Shown piece after piece: positions 27,601-51,207 of a stretch of 64,000 bases of DNA. Each line of letters starts with the position of its first letter. Within the stretch, counting starts at the first letter, position 1. The stretch is from Zygnema circumcarinatum SAG 698-1b (lineage: Eukaryota; Plantae; Zygnematophyceae). Both the position numbers and the translations under genes were made by a program. Location: assembly GCA_037447605.1 (NCBI GenBank), contig CM074812.1, positions 496,001 through 560,000 on the forward strand, read 5' to 3'. Below the pieces are notes generated by a model. That model was given only the letters and a program-made list of their open reading frames with translations, was not told where the DNA came from and searched no databases.

Positions 27601-30600
27601 TTGCATGGAAAGGGGTTTTAGACGAGTGGTGTCCTTGGCAGAGACTGACGGAAACGAGGAGAGGAAAGGAGAGGGGGAAAGAGATGGAGAAAGGGGCTCG
27701 AGGAGTTCCTGGCAGTAACTTTATGGAGTGAGAAAGGCGGGGTCGGAGGGGGGAAGGGAGCGAAGGGGGTGTGGGTAGAGGGGTGCAAGGAGTTGTTTTG
27801 ACAGTAGCTATGGAGAGAGAGAAAGAGAAAGAGAGAGAGAGTGGATTGGGGGAGAAGAGAGAAAGGGAAGAGGCAAAGGAGAACAAAAAGGTGAGTGGAG
27901 AGTGAGAAAAAAATCCTCACATTTCCGCTTTTCCTTTCTACAGCAATCATAAACAGTGTAAAAAGGGTAAGCATGTACCGGAGTCGGCTTCACCCCGAGT
28001 TCTCTAAGCTCGAGGAGTAGCTTGTGTGCCTCCTCCACTCTTTCCTCTCGACAAAGGGCAGCAATAAGAGCACCATAGATTTGAGGTGCTACTCTTCTTT
28101 CCTTCATATCTACCTTCGTCAGCATTTCCTTTGCTAGGTCCACTTCTCCCCCTCTAGCCAACCCCATTAACTGCATCACTTGCACATTATGTGATAAAGG
28201 GATATTTCTCTCCTCCATATCCACCAAAGCTTCCATAAGCTTTTTGTTCCTTCCCATACTTCCAAGAGCTTCAATGTACATCTTTCGACATTTTGGGCTC
28301 ACTTCTGCCCCTATTCTAACCATCATTTCATACATCTCTTCTACAGAAGAATGTAGTTTTCGTGCTGCCAAGCCGTGGAGCAGAATTTCATAGGATTCAG
28401 TGTCTAAGGGAAGGCCACTTTGTTCCATAGTAGAAATGAGGGAGTGAAGCCATGTGAAAGGGGAGGTTCTGACGGAAGTCAAGAGCAGGACCCTGGTAAA
28501 GGAAGGATAATCAGCGAAAAAAAGGGTTGGATGGATTAATACCAACTTTGAACCATTGCTTATAACAGAGGAGAGTGGACTGCAGGTGAAGCAGACAATA
28601 TAAAAAACAGAGAACTTTCCTAAGAATCATCATTCTTATATGCATGACTGCAGTGAAAATCCTAAAACGGTTGTAAAACCCACAAATAAGGACGAGGGAA
28701 GGAAAGAGACAGAGATAGACTGCACCAGAGAAAATGTAGACTACCGTACTTACTATCTACACCACAAATAGCACTGCATAAGTGTGCGTCAGCGTGAAAA
28801 CCCACTTGAAGAGATCAGATAACTTTGCATCTCCAGCAGTCTGTCGAGCCAGAAGCACTTCCATGGCCTCGTCGTGCCTTTCCGTTGTTGACAATGAAAC
28901 TATAACGGCCGCATAGGAATAGGAATCCGGCTGTAATCTCCCTACTGTCTGCATCTCTTCAAAAAGCTCCATCACATATGAGGGCTCTCCCCTCATAGCT
29001 GCTGCTCCCATCACGCGGTTGTACACAACAAGGCGCGGCTGGAACCATCTTCTCTCCTTCATCCACGCGAATATGGGTCGAGCAGCTGTCGCTACGGCTT
29101 TGTGGAACTGAAGCTCTGAGATCTGTGGGTAAGAGAGAGTCGTTGGGAGAGTGGGACAGCTGTGTGAGGGAGAGAATGAAACTCAAGCTTTGAAATCTGT
29201 TAAGGAGAGCGAATGGGTGGGAGTCGGGAACAGCTGTGTGAGGGAAAAAAAGGTACTGAAGCTCTGAAATTTGCTATGGAGAGAAAGGGTGAAAGAGAGG
29301 GAAAGGTGACAGATACAGAGAGAAAGAGAAGGAGGGGGAGAGAGACAGCTGTGTGAGGGAGGGCAAGAAACCGAAGCATTGAAATCGGTTCGGGAGAGAG
29401 CGTAAGTGAAAAAGGCGGAAGGGTGAGAAGATGAGAGAGAAAGTGAGAGGGAAGGAAAAGCGAGAGGGACAGGGAGGAAGGGGAAAAGGAAAGGGACGCG
29501 GTGGGGAAGGAGGAGAGGAGACAGAGTGAGGGCTGTGACAAGGGAATCGTAGAGGACGGCAGAAAAGGAGGGAACGAGCTGTGATGGAGACGGGCGAGGC
29601 GGGAGAGAAAGTTGGGGATGAGTAGGAAGTAGGGCGAGGTGGGAGAGGGAGTGAAGAGTAAAAAGGGATGTCGTACCAAAATCAGTATCTCGCTTGCTGA
29701 ACCCTCCCATTTGTCCAGAGCTGCCTCAATCTCCTTCTCCCTCTCGCTCTCCATCATGCCCTCCCTCCCCCTCCATATCTCCGCCACCTCGTGTGCCATT
29801 TCATGCACACGTGGCGGACACCATGGCTTCTGCATGTTGCCTCGACGGAACACTTTCCAGTTCCATGGCGCTCCCACAGTTCTCTCCCTCTTTCCTCCCT
29901 CTCTCACACGACCTTTCCCCTCCCTCCCCTCCCTCCCTCCCGTACCCCCTTCCTCTCTCTCTCTACCACCACGCCTCTCTCTCGTCCACCTCTGAATAAT
30001 TGACACTCCAGGCCTTCCTAAAAGATCCAAATTCTTCGAATTTTCCAAATTCTTCGAATTTTCCAAATTATTCGAATTTTCAGAATTAGTCGCATTGGTT
30101 ACGTCCTCCTCAAATTCGCAATTTGTCTGACTTACATTTCCCGCAATACTACTTGAAATTTCGTTTCCATTAACTGCGCCGCTTTCATTCTCCTCGATTC
30201 CAATAGGCTGGAAAATTCCCGGGGCCAACGAGGACTTGCCACCTGGCAGCTCGTGAAAACTCGCCACGTCAGCGGTTAGGTCTTCGATGGCCTGAACGGC
30301 CAGTAACTTTGCGCCACTTGGCACCTCTTCAGCAGAAGGTAACCCTAACCCTAATTTTGAAGCCTTGACATTCATGCTTAAGGTTGCTCCCCATCGAAAC
30401 TGAGTCGCATGGAACGCCACCCGCCCACGAACCGAATCGCCAAAAAAAGAGGAATTTCTGCGACAATCACAGAACGGTTTTTTGCAATTGAAAGGAAATT
30501 CTGAAATTGAGTTAATCGATGTGAAATTTCCCGGTTCAGAAATGAAATTTAAAACCCGAAATGAAAAATTCTTCCTGAATTTTGATAGAGAGAAATAGTC

Positions 30601-30846
30601 TGAATTATCCTGCCTGTGGCTGTGCCGGCTGGCACGCTCTCCGCGCGCTGCGGAGGAGTGCCACGTGGCGCCGCCATTCATCTGGGAAGAGCCTAGAACC
30701 TTCGTCGCAGGTAATGAAAGCTCCATGGTGCTGAAGGGAATAGGGCTCGGAAAGTGACACGTGGCAGCACTATAAGCAGCCACGTCATGAGAGCAGAGGG
30801 AGAGAGGGAGAGGAGAAGAACGAAGAAGCAGCGCTGACTGCAACAT
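21271..30846 (-). CDS. Large P-type pentatricopeptide-repeat protein (~2100 aa), probably organelle-targeted, with an 850-codon low-complexity insertion exon
   Basis: Exons 30846-29677, 29122-28806, 28492-27979, 27550-27161, 27064-24515, 24330-24097, 23798-23418, 23148-22939, 22834-22646, 22487-22239 and a probable last exon 21438-21271 keep frame. PPR motifs: VVYNRVMGAA..M..GRLQPDSYSYAAVI, LDTESYEILL, IYGALIAALCRE.RVEEA..LL.EL...GVKP, VEPDVGTFTALL, MQPDSDTWQSII. Ser-rich N-terminus. Start codon and last exon are less certain. Confidence 0.85.
29083..29400 (-). repeat. Four tandem degenerate copies of the PPR exon-2 splice acceptor and exon start
   Basis: Minus-strand cag|ATCTCAGAGCTTCAGTTC (real, exon start 29122) recurs as cag|ATTTCAAAGCTTGAGTTT (29196), caa|ATTTCAGAGCTTCAGTAC (29270) and ccg|ATTTCAATGCTTCGGTTT (29385); each is linked to a CAGCTGT motif; spacing 74, 74, 115 bp. 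Confidence 0.8.
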
Positions 30847-31803
30847 GGCTGCTCCCACAAGGATTAAGGGTTCAGACCTCGAGAAATGAGGAGAAAGAGC
30901 AAGCCAGGGTTCAGAGACTTTCTAAAGAAATCCTATAAGAGGTTCACCCCTGGCAGCCATGGCGGCGGCAACGTTCCAAAACCCTAGAACCATACTGCAA
31001 CTCTGAGGCCCTCAACCGTCCTCCGGAGCCCCAGAGGCCGCCGCGGTCCTCCTGAAGAAGAAGAAGCGGCTCTCGTCCAAAACCCTTTCAGGGTGTTCAA
31101 GTACAATTTGGAGGTTCAAGGGTCACCCTTCCGAGATCGGCACTGAACCTTCGAAACCGCCAGGTGGCGAGTGTCAGCGTCCACGTAGGCCGCCACGTGG
31201 CACAAGCGCCGACGGGTGGAGTGGCGGCGACCAGATATTTGAAACTTTTTTCGTCAGATCGGGCTGCCCGGAATAGGAAGAAAAAAAATTGATAGCTGAT
31301 TCGTTTTTTTCGGGCAATTTGTTTAGGCTTCTGATTGGATGGACGTCCTGAAGATGCTCAATTTGATGACCCGGCAAAAACAGTACGGGCAGAAAAAAAT
31401 AGTATTTATCTGGCCGTACCTGCTACGTGGCATGTCGGTTGGAACCTGGTGGAAAGTCGGTGCCCGAAAATTCTGGGCTGTTCGTGGCCGTCGATCAGAG
31501 ATTGAAATGGACGGTTGAGATTTCCTGACGGATGGAATTCCTCTGATGAGTCACGCCAGAGGGAAGATTTGAGAGATTTGATTCGGGATTGTAAATCCTG
31601 ATTTCAACCATGGGGACCAAAAAGTGGATCTTATTTCCTAGCATGGGGAGTTAATCAGAGTGGATTTTCTCTTGAACCCTTCAAACTTCTCAACGTGAGG
31701 TCTTGCTTGAAGGCGGCCAAATATTTAGGGCTTACGTGGCGCTGCAGCAGTTGCCCTCATGCCGCCATCCACTTTACGTTCACTCCACCATGAAGTGATT
31801 CAT

Positions 31804-33033
31804 TCACAGATCCCAAGGGCAAAAAAAATTGACATGAGGAAACGACCTTCGTAGCTTGTGAATCTCTTTCATGAAGTCCGAATACTCGTCAGGAAATATC
31901 TGCGACTGAGCCAGAGTCAGATGGAGCTCCTTCAAAGTCGAGCAGGACTTCAGCCATTCATCCAAATGAGCATACACGTTGGCTCCCCTGAAAGTATCAA
32001 ACTTCCTCGGAATCTTGATCTCATTCAGTTTCAGTTTGCGAAGACAAGGGAACGCATTGCTTCCTCTTGGCACTCCAAATCTGCACTTCCACTCAAGCAA
32101 GGAAACCGTGGCATGTACAGAAAGCGTTTGAACACTGTTCTCTGCAAGAGAGAGAAGGGCTTCGAGGACATTGCTGCGTATGAAGGGTCCAAATTCGCAG
32201 TGTAAGATGTTTAACATGTGCGGCTTGACCTGTTCCTCCTCTAAAGCTACTACTGCCTTGCACTGTTGTCCAGAAAACTTGAGACTTTCCAACAAGGGCA
32301 TCGTGGGTTTCAGGACAAGGGATCGCACTATGTTCGGGACGTCCAAAGATAAAAGGTTTTTACATCTGACTGTGAGAATGTTTGTCACTTCTATGTTGAC
32401 TTTCAAATGCTTCAAGTTTGGATGTCCAACGACCACATCGCTGACCGCGGCCGAAGTCTCCAAATCCAAAGCAATGAGGTTGGGAAAAAAGAGTAAGAAA
32501 TCTTGTAGTAGAACGAAGTCGCTCTCGCTGATCACATACAAAGTGAGGGACCTCACTCCTCCCAAACAGAGGGAGCCAATCATTAAGTCTTGGCGAAGTG
32601 TCACTGTAACATTTAGGGTTTCCAAGCAGGGGAGCTCTGACAGTGCACGTAATTGGAGATGATGATCAATACGACTGATGTCCAATTCTCTGAGGGTTTC
32701 TCCAACCTCTTTCCGCCATATGCATAAAGTCTGAGGGCCAACCATGGTACGCCGGTCTTTGATGAACAACTTCTCCAATCTTGACGTCAAACGAACAAGA
32801 GAATTGAAGTGATCCACGTCTCGGAACAGCATGGTGTTGTTAACCGTTATGGAGGTTACAGCGCTAACTGCTTCCCGAAATGATGTGCAGACGGTGCAGT
32901 ATTTTACCAGCAATATGTATTCGCCTTGAGTGGCACGAAAGATTATGTCTGTCAATATGACGATCGGAAGGTCGGTGATTGTCGCAGCATCAGATGATGT
33001 GTGCTCTGCATTCTCCCCGTCTGGATAGGCCAT
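31804..33033 (-). CDS. Intronless F-box/LRR (FBD-like) protein, 409 aa
   Basis: Uninterrupted ORF from ATG 33033; F-box-like ITDLPIVILTDIIFR..LVKYCTVCTSFREAV followed by LRR-like LxxLxL repeats (LEKLFI, LRELDI, LETLNV, LIALDL, LKHLKV, FPCLRKLKL, LKELHL). Confidence 0.8.
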   Translation of the reverse strand: MAYPDGENAEHTSSDAATITDLPIVILTDIIFRATQGEYILLVKYCTVCTSFREAVSAVTSITVNNTMLFRDVDHFNSLVRLTSRLEKLFIKDRRTMVGPQTLCIWRKEVGETLRELDISRIDHHLQLRALSELPCLETLNVTVTLRQDLMIGSLCLGGVRSLTLYVISESDFVLLQDFLLFFPNLIALDLETSAAVSDVVVGHPNLKHLKVNIEVTNILTVRCKNLLSLDVPNIVRSLVLKPTMPLLESLKFSGQQCKAVVALEEEQVKPHMLNILHCEFGPFIRSNVLEALLSLAENSVQTLSVHATVSLLEWKCRFGVPRGSNAFPCLRKLKLNEIKIPRKFDTFRGANVYAHLDEWLKSCSTLKELHLTLAQSQIFPDEYSDFMKEIHKLRRSFPHVNFFCPWDL

Positions 33034-33038
33034 GGCTT

Positions 33039-33077
<39 letters not shown>

Positions 33078-33492
33078 CCTTTCTGTCTTTCAATAGAAAA
33101 TCTTCATCTCTTTATACTTATCATCAAGCAAAAGCATCGGAAAAAAAGTGCCTGAATGCAATGCATGCAAATTCGGCGTTCCCCGTGACGAGCACATCGG
33201 CCGTCGACGGCGGAGCGGGGCCGCGTCGAGGCGTTCTATGTCCCCCAGTTCGTTCGCTGATGTCGGCTTGAAGGGAACCCCCGCTAGCTGGCTGGCTAGC
33301 TGCGTAAAGTTAATAACTAATTCTCTCCTTTGCGGCCAGTTTCTCGTGGTTCCCCATGATGATGTTGTCCATGCACATTTGATGAGATCAATGCCACATC
33401 CTTGTCATTATATTCTCTACAAAGCGAGAGGGTTGATGCATGAACCAAGCTGAACCAGTGAAGGCTCATGGCCATGAATGCAAATGTGCTGG

Positions 33493-34414
33493 CGTGGTAG
33501 CCTGCGATTGGTCGAGTTTCCAGCCAAAAGTTCGTAGGTTGAATCACGTTCGTTGCTAGGCCAACCACCGATGGGTTGCCACTTGCCACACTGCCAAAAG
33601 TGATGACGTGTCATAGTGCGCTTGGCTAACTGTCGCATTTTTTTTTCCCAGCTGCCTGTTAGCCTCAACCAATGATGGCTCGCCACGCTGGCTTTATGAT
33701 GACGTGGCAGTCAACCATTGGTCCATTCTCAGCAGTTTTTGGCGTCCAAGAGAGCTCGGCCCTATTTTTAACTAGTGAGTCTAAACCAATAATGGGTCGC
33801 CACGTGTTCAAAATATGCTGACATGGCACGTTACCATTGGTTCATTCTTCACCCTACGCGTTCTATAGAGCTCGGCCCCATTTCACGAGTCTTTATGATG
33901 TCGCGGCTGCTTCTAGTGCCGTGTTGTTGAGCCTAGAAGTAGATTTCCGTTTCGAGGCTTTCTCTTTGTCCTTCTGTCCCTTGTGACCGCTTCTTCTGGT
34001 TCCCTATGTCGATTTTATCCATGTACATTTGATGGCCTTGCCATCGTGAGTTCAATCAAACCTCTCTCTTGTTAATGATGGCTCGCGACATGTGCGAATT
34101 GCTAGCGTGGTAGACTGCCATTGGCCCACACTCCACCCCAATTACGTTCAATGGAGCTCGGCCCCATTTCACTAGTGAGCCTTAACCAATGATGGCTCGT
34201 CACTTGTGCTAATGTGCTGACGTGACAGGCTGCCATTGGCCCACTCTCCACCCCGAAAAAAAAACAGTACGTTCAATGGAGCTCGGCCCCATTTTATACG
34301 AGTAACCCACCCTAAGCCTTAACCAATATGGATCGTCACGTGTGACGATTTGCTAGCGTGGCAGGCTGCCATTAGTTTAGAATTCACCCCGTACGTTCAA
34401 TGCAGCTCGGCCCC
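33493..34414. promoter_or_regulatory. Tandem array of ~115-135-bp degenerate units carrying paired ERSE (CCAAT-N9-CCACG) and UPRE-like elements
   Basis: Units start near 33661, 33778, 34071, 34178 and 34315 (older copies at 33480-33660). Perfect ERSE at 33493-33511(-), 33669-33687(+), 33703-33721(-), 33786-33804(+), 34106-34124(-); TGACGTGG at 33700, TGACGTGA at 34218; the units end in GAGCTCGGCCC or a close variant. Confidence 0.75.
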
Positions 34415-35696
34415 AGTTCGCACGTGCGCGTACCGCCATCAGCGACAAGATTTTCACGCGGATCCTCCCACGAGGCCGACGGCCAATCGGGTCCTTCAAT
34501 CGCGCTCGTGCGGTGCGCTCTGCACGACACGTGCCGAACTCTGCGGCAAAGATTCATCGGAAACGCCACGTGTCAGGCTCTCCGTCAATCTGGGAGTCTT
34601 AGGAGTACACCAACGACCGTTCAGTACGGTATTGGACAAAATCGCCTGCACAGAATCGCGCATTAAAGAAACGGATCTTGACTTCTGTCTAAAGGATTTG
34701 GCCAAACACACGGACGTCTGCAGGTTTTGTCGTTTAATGGTTGGTCCCAATCAGCAACGGCTCGCTGTCAAGTCTAACTGTCAACTTTGAAAAGGCGGAA
34801 GCATTTTTTTCTTGAATCAAGGGAGCATTTTGAACAGAAAATAAATAACAAAACTAGCTATGTTCTAATCCAAACCGACCGATGTACCAGCGTGGACAGT
34901 TGACAGCCGTCAGATTTATGTTCTCCCAGTAGAAAGCAATTTTATTATGATTGAATCTTTTCTTCGTCACTTACCGTAGAATTTTGCGGGGTTGTAGAGA
35001 AAAATGTCTTACCTGCATTTTTTTTTTTCCCGTTTTCGAGTCAGAACCGCCCGCCAAACGCGGCCGTACGGCCAAGCTTTGCATTTCCAACCGTTGGGAC
35101 CCTCCAACTGCCGTTTCCATGATCACAGTTTCCGATTAAAATCAGGAACGTGTATTTCGCCCGATCGATCACATAGAAAGGTTTAGATATCGGCCACTCA
35201 GAACCTGACACGTGTTCCGTCCACTGTCACATAAAGCGACAAAATAGTACGAAAGCCCTGGCAGGTTGCAGGTGCAGGAGGGGTCGAAGGGGCAGACAGG
35301 CGGTCGTGCAGGGATGGGAGAGCTCCATGTTTAGGGCAAATTTTCGCCTCAGATAACTTGCATAATCTTGCTGCAAACTGACTATTTGGAGCGCATTCTC
35401 AGGATATTGACCTTCCTTGTTCATTTCAAGAAGGTTCAATGTTTCAGTTTGGCACAATATTGCTTAAAGTTAGGGCACATGTACGCACTTGTGCTGCAGT
35501 TGAGTGTGCTTCTGCAGGAATGCAGGGAAGAGGAGGTCTTGGGAGCCCCTAAGGTCTATGTTTTTTGGACCTCTTAAAAATTTAGGGTTTCGGAGGGGCT
35601 TGAGCCTGTGAGGCGTCCTGGAAGGCGGCATTTTGGGCAGATTTGAAGGAAATTAGGGTTTGAAAGCTTGTTTGATTGGCGGGCTAGAACTGGAAA

Positions 35697-47810
<12,114 letters not shown>

Positions 47811-48367
47811 GTGAGAGAGGGGGAGGGAGGGGGGGCGGAGAAGGAGAGGGAGGGAGGGCGTGGGAGGGAGGGCAGGGGAGAGGGAGAGGGATGGGAAGGG
47901 AGGGGGGAGAGGAGGGAGGGGGAGATAGGGGGGTTGGAAGGGGGGGAGTGGAAGTGGGAGGGGGAGGGAGAGGAAGAGGAAGAGGGAGGGAGGGGAAGGG
48001 AGGGGGGAGGGTGAGGGAGTGGTGGAGGAGAGTGGTGGGAGGGCGAGGGAGAGGGGGAGAGGGAAGAGGAAAGGGAGGAGGGAAGAGGGAGGGAGAGGGA
48101 GGGGGGGTGGATGGGGGAAGACAGGGGGAGAGGGGGGGGAGGGGGAGGAGAGGGGGACGGGTGAGCGAGGGAGAAGGGGAGAGAGAGAGAGCGGGGGAGG
48201 GGGGGAGGGATGAGGTGAGAGGGGAGCTTGCATCAAAAGCAGCAAGACAGTGTTTCTCTTACCTCTCATCAGTTTGGAATTCAGGGCTTTGAAGGGAAGA
48301 CATCGACTCTCCCCCCCTCTCCCTCTCCCCCTCTCTCTCCCTCTTTCTCTCTCGCACAATCTCTCGC

Positions 48368-48435
<68 letters not shown>

Positions 48436-49329
48436 ACCTTTTGGACTGTTGCATAGCCTCCAGTTTGAAGGGAAGACATCGACTCTCCCCTCTCTCCCTC
48501 TCTCTCTCTCTCCCACCTTTTGGACTGTTGCATAGCCTCCAGTTTGAAGGAAGACATCGACTCTCCCCTCTCTCCCTCTCTCTCTCTCTCCCACCTTTTG
48601 GACTGTTGCATAGCCTCCAGTTTGAAGGGAAGACATCGACTCTCCCCCTCTCTCCCTCTCTCCCTCTCTCTCTCTCTTTCTCTCTCGCACAATCTCTCGC
48701 TCACTCTCTCTCTCTCCCACCTTTTGGACTGTTGCATAGCCTCCAGTTTGAAGGAAGACATCGACTCTCCCCTCTCTCCCTCTCTCTCTCTCTCCCACCT
48801 TTTGGACTGTTGCATAGCCTCCAGTTTGAAGGAAGACATCGACTCTCCCCTCTCTCCCTCTCTCTCTCTCTCCCACCTTTTGGACTGTTGCATAGCCTCC
48901 AGTTTGAAGGAAGACATCGACTCTCCCCTCTCTCCCTCTCTCTCTCTCTCTCCCACCTTTTGGACTGTTGCATAGCCTCCAGTTTGAAGGAAGACATCGA
49001 CTCTCCCCTCTCTCCCTCTCTCCCTCTCTCTCTCTCTCCCACCTTTTGGACTGTTGCATAGCCTCCAGTTTGAAGGGAAGACATCGACTCTCCCCTCTCT
49101 CCCTCTCTCTCTCTCTCCCACCTTTTGGACTGTTGCATAGCCTCCAGTTTGAAGGAAGACATCGACTCTCCCCTCTCTCCCTCTCTCTCTCTCTCCCACC
49201 TTTTGGACTGTTGCATAGCCTCCAGTTTGAAGGAAGACATCGACTCTCCCCTCTCTCCCTCTCTCTCTCTCTCCCACCTTTTGGACTGTTGCATAGCCTC
49301 CCGTTTGATGGGAAGACATCGACTCTCCC

Positions 49330-49370
<41 letters not shown>

Positions 49371-50554
49371 ACCTTTTGGACTGTTGCATAGCCTCCAGTT
49401 TGAAGGAAGACATCGACTCTCCCCTCTCTCCCTCTCTCCCTCTCTCCCTCTCTCTCTCTCTCTCTCCCACCTTTTTGAGTGTTGCATAGCCTCCAGTTTT
49501 ATGTGAAGACATCGACTCTCCCCTCTCTCCCTCTCTCCCTCTCTCCCTCTCTCCCTCTCTCCCTCTCTCTCTCTCTCCCACCTTTTGGACTGTTGCATAG
49601 CCTCCAGTTTGAAGGAAGACATCGACTCTCCCCTCTCTCCCTCTCTCCCTCTCTCCCTCTCTCTCTCTCTCCCACCTTTTGGACTGTTGCATAGCCTCCA
49701 GTTTGAAGGAAGACATCGACTCTCCCCTCTCTCCCTCTCTCCCTCTCTCTCTCTCTCCCACCTTTTGGACTGTTGCATAGCCTCCAGTTTGAAGGAAGAC
49801 ATCGACTCTCCCCTCTCTCCCTCTCTCCCTCTCTCCCTCTCTCCCTCTCTCCCTCTCTCCCTCTCTCCCTCTCTCCCTCTCTCCCTCTCTCCCTCTCTCC
49901 CTCTCTCCCTCTAATTAAACCTTTCGTTAGGGCAGGGAGAGTCAGGGAGGGGGTTCCGGGGTGGAATTTGGCTCTCCCAAAGGATCAACTTTGTCCAGGT
50001 GCGACGAACCTGGGGATTCTTGAACCAGCGGAAATTTCCCGAAGGGAATTTGAAGGGAAGAGTGGAAGCACCTTCCTCCCTTCAGAGATGCGTCTTTGGT
50101 GAGAGAAGAAGTGCAGTGGGGCAGTGTAGCGCAGCTCCATAGTCTAGTTCCCTAGGAACGTAGCTTGCGAGAGAGGAGGGGAGAGAGGAGGGGTCCATAC
50201 AACTTGGGTTTGGAGAGGAGAGAACGACTAAGGGAGTAGAAGTAGGTCCGTGGTGGGCAGGTTTTGTGGCTCATGGATGCTCAACGAAGGCAACTGCTTC
50301 CAGAACAAGTACTCTGCCAGTGGGTTATGCACTTATATGTGTTCTTTGCACGGTACTGGTTCAGGATGAGTGCCTTATAAACTGTTTCGAATTATAAAAA
50401 TCTTGTGAAGTATTAACAAGAAAACTTGATTTCTTGAGCCCGGGAAGTGCCAATGTCCATCCACGTTCTCACATAAGGAGCTGGCAACAAGACGCTTTGG
50501 CGATGTCATGATTAACCATTGATCATTGGCCAATGCCACAAGTCATGCCCTAGC

Positions 50555-50692
50555 GGTCATGACCTCCTGCATCCAACGGTCATGACCTCCTGCATCCAAC
50601 GGTCATGACCTCCTGCATCCAACGGCCATGACCTCCTGCATCCAACGGCCATGACCTCCTGCATCCAACGGTCACGACCTCCTGCATCCAAC
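50555..50692. repeat. 23-bp tandem repeat x6 upstream of VTA1
   Basis: GGTCATGACCTCCTGCATCCAAC; units 4-6 carry single substitutions in the palindromic GGTCATGACC part. Confidence 0.95.
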
Positions 50693-51061
50693 GGTTCGCG
50701 CTCAGCGAATTGGAGTTGAAAAGAACAACTCCATGTAAGTATGGTAACTGGAACGGAACAGCGACGCTATTTATCACATGGACCAGGAGCGTCCCTTCAC
50801 TGGGCGATGCGCGGAACGGCTGTTGACCGCGCGCTCTCCCTCAGCCGGAGGCAACTTCCCTCGCTCTCCCCCTCTCGCTCCCCTCTCCTGTCCCTTACTG
50901 TACCTCTGGGCCCCTCTCTCGCCTCCATTTCTCCCTCCCTCCCTTCCCCTCCCTTCCTCTCTCCCTCCATCGCCCTTTCTGTCTCTCCCTCTCTCTCTCT
51001 CTCTTTCTTTCTCTCTGCCGCGCCTCTCTTTCATAGGGTTCGACGAAGCGGTCTCTTTCGC

Positions 51062-51073
51062 TTGAAACCCTAA
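51062..51073 (+). promoter_or_regulatory. Telo-box (AAACCCTA) upstream of VTA1; similar motifs near 9377 (RhoGDI), 11078 (SAHH) and 30977 (PPR)
   Basis: AAACCCTA in 5' regions of housekeeping-type genes, as known for plant telo-boxes. Confidence 0.5.
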
Positions 51074-51153
51074 TTCCGTGCGGCTGACCTGTCTTTCGTC
51101 CTTTCCAACCTTAACAGTCCTTTGCTTAGAGCGGGGGAGGGGAGAAGAAGACG

Positions 51154-51185
<32 letters not shown>

Positions 51186-51207
51186 GAGAGAGAGAGAGGG
51201 AGCAGCC

